A stretch of 64,000 nt of DNA from IMG/VR virus record IMGVR_UViG_3300042540_001015. One strand, 5' to 3'. Within the stretch, counting starts at the first letter, position 1; every line of letters starts with the position of its first letter. The stretch comes from an uncultured virus (IMG/VR IMGVR_UViG_3300042540_001015). Its lineage: Duplodnaviria; Heunggongvirae; Uroviricota; Caudoviricetes. The notes beneath the pieces are model-generated. The model did no database searches and was not told the origin of the DNA. It saw only the letters and a program-made list of their open reading frames with translations. This document shows positions 60,826 to 64,000 of this stretch, piece after piece. The position numbers were made by a program, and so were the translations under genes.

Positions 60826-60922
60826 GAGAAGACCGAGCACTGTGTCATAGGGCTTGCAATGCACCGGCATCGGTGCTATACTTGGGCAGTCGAGCAAATC
60901 ACCATCAACAAGGAGACGACCA

Positions 60923-61402
60923 GTGAACGCAACCTACACCAAACTTCGCGACGGCTCGTGGGGCATCCGGGTGACTGGCACGGCCAAGGCCGGTGACGTC
61001 GTCACCGTCACCAAGCGGTCCGGCGAGACGGTCAACGCGACCGTGGGCCGCGTCGTCTGGAGCGGCAACGGCGTGTCTCTGTGCGAGGTCGCCGCAGCCG
61101 CCAAGCGTGGCCGCCGGGCGGCTGCCAAGCCCCGCGTCCAGCACGGCCCGGAGGTTCGCATCGAGTATCCCAGCCAGGGGCAGACCTACAGCAAGGATGA
61201 GCACGGCGTGTACGCCTACGACGAGTTCCCCGCGTCGTCGGTCCTGGCCGGGCAGCAACGCCGGGCGTTCAAGACGTCCGGCACCCTGGAGCACTGTCAG
61301 GCCTACTGCCAGGAGCACTACGGGAGCGTTCCCGGGCACGTCTCCGGCTGCGGCTACATCAAGCCCTACGTCGGCCACCTGTCGGACAGTGCCGACTACT
61401 GA
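60923..61402 (+). CDS. hypothetical early protein
   Basis: AAGGAGA RBS; KLRDGSWG.RV...GD.VTV.K.SG; SSVLAGQ. Confidence 0.65.
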   Translation: MNATYTKLRDGSWGIRVTGTAKAGDVVTVTKRSGETVNATVGRVVWSGNGVSLCEVAAAAKRGRRAAAKPRVQHGPEVRIEYPSQGQTYSKDEHGVYAYDEFPASSVLAGQQRRAFKTSGTLEHCQAYCQEHYGSVPGHVSGCGYIKPYVGHLSDSADY

Positions 61403-61447
61403 TTGTCAGGATACACTCACCCCCACCCTCAGCCAGGAGACTGCCCA

Positions 61448-61939
61448 GTGAACGCCACCAAAAGCCAAACCCCCGTGCTCGACTTGATCAACGCCGCGAA
61501 GGCGGCGGGGTGGCATTACGAGCCGCCTCGAAGCCCGGCCGCCCTGACACTCGGCGGCACGGCATACTCGACGCTCATCGCCCCAGGCGTGAAGGTCGCC
61601 GTTGGCAGCCTGCTCCTCTACTACCACGACGGACGAGTTTGGCGAGGGTGCCCCGTCACCGACGCCTCGGAGACTCGCGTCGTCATCGAGGCGATCGTAG
61701 TGGGCCCTGACTTTCGCAGGCACGGTATCGCGACCCGCGCGATTCGAGCGTTGCAGGAGTTGGCCGCCGGGCTCGGGCTGGAGTTGTGGGCCGAGGCGAC
61801 GCCGATCGAGGCGTTCAAGGCCAAGGGCCAGCGGACGATCACGACGAGGAAACTCGTGAGGTGGTACAAGTCTCTCGGCTTCGTCGACGCGTACCCGGGA
61901 GAGGGCGATCGAATTCTCAAGTGGAGCAGCGTCCAGTGA
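61448..61939 (+). CDS. GNAT-family acetyltransferase
   Basis: V.PDFRRHGIA (acetyl-CoA motif A), LVRWYKSLGF. Confidence 0.8.
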   Translation: MNATKSQTPVLDLINAAKAAGWHYEPPRSPAALTLGGTAYSTLIAPGVKVAVGSLLLYYHDGRVWRGCPVTDASETRVVIEAIVVGPDFRRHGIATRAIRALQELAAGLGLELWAEATPIEAFKAKGQRTITTRKLVRWYKSLGFVDAYPGEGDRILKWSSVQ

Positions 61940-62235
61940 AGACAACCATCCAAACCGAAGACGCGTGGGGTCGACCCATCTACACCTTCACTGTCACATT
62001 CCAAGAAGTCGGCGGCGAAGGCCGGTCGTGGTCTGGAAAAATCCGCGAGACGGACGAAACGATCAAGGGGCAGTGGCCGAGAGCGGTCAAATGCCTCGCG
62101 AAACACTTTGACGTCGCGACGAACGCGTTGGGTTACTGCGTCCGCTGGGACGCCGGAAAAATCGTGATGACTCTGAGGTCTGGCGAAGTGTGCGAGATTC
62201 CTGTGACGGCAACTTATCGAAGGAGGTATCAGTGA
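61936..62235 (+). CDS. hypothetical protein
   Basis: GTGA overlap chain. Confidence 0.5.
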   Translation: MKTTIQTEDAWGRPIYTFTVTFQEVGGEGRSWSGKIRETDETIKGQWPRAVKCLAKHFDVATNALGYCVRWDAGKIVMTLRSGEVCEIPVTATYRRRYQ

Positions 62236-62402
62236 GAATTGAAATCGAAATCACGGCGACGGAGAAGGAGGCTCTGCGACGCGCCATCGCGGGGCTCGCG
62301 GCCGACGAGGCCAAGCGGTGGCTCGGCCGAAAGAGGCCCAGCAAGATTCAACTGGCGTGCGAGAGTCTGTACGAAAAAATCTTCGATAGAAAGGTGGTCT
62401 GA
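62232..62402 (+). CDS. small hypothetical protein
   Basis: AGGAGG RBS, GTGA overlap. Confidence 0.5.
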   Translation: MRIEIEITATEKEALRRAIAGLAADEAKRWLGRKRPSKIQLACESLYEKIFDRKVV

Positions 62403-62403
62403 C

Positions 62404-62844
62404 GTGAACTACGCAATCGTCGATCTCGGCACCTTGTGGGACCACGAGGCAGCCAACTGGAGAGACAAGGTCTTCGTGGTCAGCCTCGAAGACAGCGACA
62501 GCCTCGTCGGCATCGGGAACGTATTCGCGGACGTCGGCCAGCCCGACAAGCGGTTCATTTACAGGTACGCGACGGGCAAGTGGGGTGAGGTGATCGGCGG
62601 CAACGATCACCGGCCGTACCACGGCCCCGTGCCATCGCTCGAAGTCTGCGACGTGTGCGAGCGAATCTTCTACTCGAAGACTCGCTGCACGAATCGTCGA
62701 TGCGGCAATTGTCACCGAGAGCACTGTACCAAAAATGGTGCAACCGAGCCGGGGCACGGGCGGACGTGGCCCGAGCCAGTGAACGTCGGAGAGCATGAAG
62801 ATCGGCTGAACGTCATTCGCGAACAGATTGGAGGGCGACGATGA
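62404..62844 (+). CDS. hypothetical protein with Cys-rich C-terminus
   Basis: CDVC...RC...RCGNCH..HC. Confidence 0.55.
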   Translation: MNYAIVDLGTLWDHEAANWRDKVFVVSLEDSDSLVGIGNVFADVGQPDKRFIYRYATGKWGEVIGGNDHRPYHGPVPSLEVCDVCERIFYSKTRCTNRRCGNCHREHCTKNGATEPGHGRTWPEPVNVGEHEDRLNVIREQIGGRR

Positions 62845-63212
62845 TCCAAGACCCACAAGGCAAGAACCGACCCGTCTACACCGTCAACGAAAAGAGCGTG
62901 AGCCTCTGGCTGCCACGGGCGGACGGAGGTTACGAGTACGAGGAGACCTACGCCAACTTCGAGGACCTGAAGGAGGCCTATCCGGACGCGGTCAAGAACG
63001 TCTTCCGTCGATACCAGCCAAACCGGCGACGGCACCCGGACGTTCACTTTCGCCCGTCTGGGCTCGCGGTCTACTGCCGGAAGTATCTCGCCCCGGAGGC
63101 GACTCTCCAGGCAGATCAACTCGGGAACGCCCAGACGACGACGGACGTCGCCCGCGTGACTTGTAAGACGTGTCTCAAGGCAATCATTTTTCTCGCACGG
63201 AGGATCGCATGA
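62841..63212 (+). CDS. hypothetical protein (H..C..CxxC)
   Basis: GGAGG RBS; VTCKTC. Confidence 0.55.
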   Translation: MIQDPQGKNRPVYTVNEKSVSLWLPRADGGYEYEETYANFEDLKEAYPDAVKNVFRRYQPNRRRHPDVHFRPSGLAVYCRKYLAPEATLQADQLGNAQTTTDVARVTCKTCLKAIIFLARRIA

Positions 63213-63423
63213 GTTATCGAACCACACGAGTCGCCCTGAGTTCTCCCGACATCATCACCCCTGGCAGCATCGTCCGGCTGGGCGATCGGCTGCACAAGGT
63301 CGTGACGCCGCGAATCCTGGAGGACTGCCTTACGAGGGAATGGGTATACGATGCGTCTTTGTACGGATACGCTGACGCCAAGCCAGTGAAGGTCGAGTTC
63401 GTTTCACCACCGGAGAGAAAGTA

Positions 63424-63762
63424 ATGAACATTCTTTTTTTGGACGAAGAGCAATCGCAAGTGATCCCCGCTCTCGCGAAGGCGATGGCTGATGCCTCCTC
63501 CAAGTGCGCCGCCGCCGCCGAGGCGGAGGGGAACAATGAACAGCGAGACCACTTCCTTGACAGGCAGAAGCAGTACGAGTCTCTGTCCGACTCGCTTCAG
63601 CACTTCAACGACGTCGACGACACCGCCGCGTACTACTTCTCGACGCCGCTCGGGAGAGCGTACCTCACGGCGGCGTTCGTCGCACTCCGACTTCGCGTCG
63701 GGCTGGGGCACGCGTGGAATAAATACGTCAAGCCGGAGTTTGAAGCAAGGGAGGCGACATGA
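63424..63762 (+). CDS. hypothetical protein
   Basis: TAATG overlap with the upstream small ORF (63209-63424). Confidence 0.55.
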   Translation: MNILFLDEEQSQVIPALAKAMADASSKCAAAAEAEGNNEQRDHFLDRQKQYESLSDSLQHFNDVDDTAAYYFSTPLGRAYLTAAFVALRLRVGLGHAWNKYVKPEFEAREAT

Positions 63763-64000
63763 ACTGGCTCTTCGGTAGCAAGAATAAGACGGACGACCTC
63801 CAGGCCCTCGCGACGAGGCTGGAGGCGGACAACGACCGGCTCCGCCGCGAGAACGCCGTGCTCACGAATCTCGTCCGTGCGTTGCGTGACGTGAACGAAC
63901 ACCTCGACAAGATGAGGCAATATGAAACGACGAATTGACCTTCAGAAGGCGGTCGCGAAGGCCGGTGGCCGAGTCGACGGGTGCCCCCCGTGCTGGTGTG

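Larger units (their letters stand above)
54583..60882 (+). promoter_or_regulatory. seven repeated early promoters with an internal GCACCG-N4-CGGTGC operator
   Basis: -35 boxes at 54583, 56064, 57220, 58112, 59119, 59800, 60854; TTG(C/A/T)(C/A)A-17/18-TATA(C/A)T. Confidence 0.9.

Noticed and set aside
54583..60882. Palindromic repeats as a CRISPR array
   Set aside because: Spacing is 0.7-1.5 kb with genes in between, the repeats carry -35/-10 boxes, and there are no cas genes.

Overview
This window is a segment of a GC-rich, probably temperate, HK97-like tailed dsDNA phage with a long tape measure protein. The host cannot be determined from the sequence. Gene order: small accessory genes, LamG/FN3 fibre genes, HNH, an AT-rich cos/origin-like region, terS, terL, portal, head cargo proteins, prohead protease, capsid, neck and tail genes, tape measure, a giant tail protein, a tyrosine integrase, and an early region (HDAC, MazG, Ro60/TROVE, AAA ATPase, many small genes). 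Five things stand out. (1) Four consecutive head-region proteins look like polyproteins. A conserved R|[AG][FY]C[PA]TGxG[GN]G[IV][DK]N[STD]C tag occurs 10 times, plus two C-x13-C variants, and precedes modules such as a Zeta-like kinase, three GNAT-like domains, a glycosylase-like domain, ASCH and an HEXXH protease. This suggests a protease-processed system for loading effectors into the capsid. (2) The terL Walker A motif is interrupted by exactly 50 nt forming a 22-bp hairpin between two Gly codons, a candidate for ribosomal bypassing or RNA excision. (3) Two tandem Y-RNA-like structures precede the Ro60 gene. (4) A ~490-nt highly structured intergenic RNA contains a covarying tandem motif. 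(5) Seven operator-containing promoter repeats form an early gene-cassette array, and GGA-hexaloop (CsrA-like) hairpins recur at gene starts. All protein family calls are by-eye motif recognition, not database hits.
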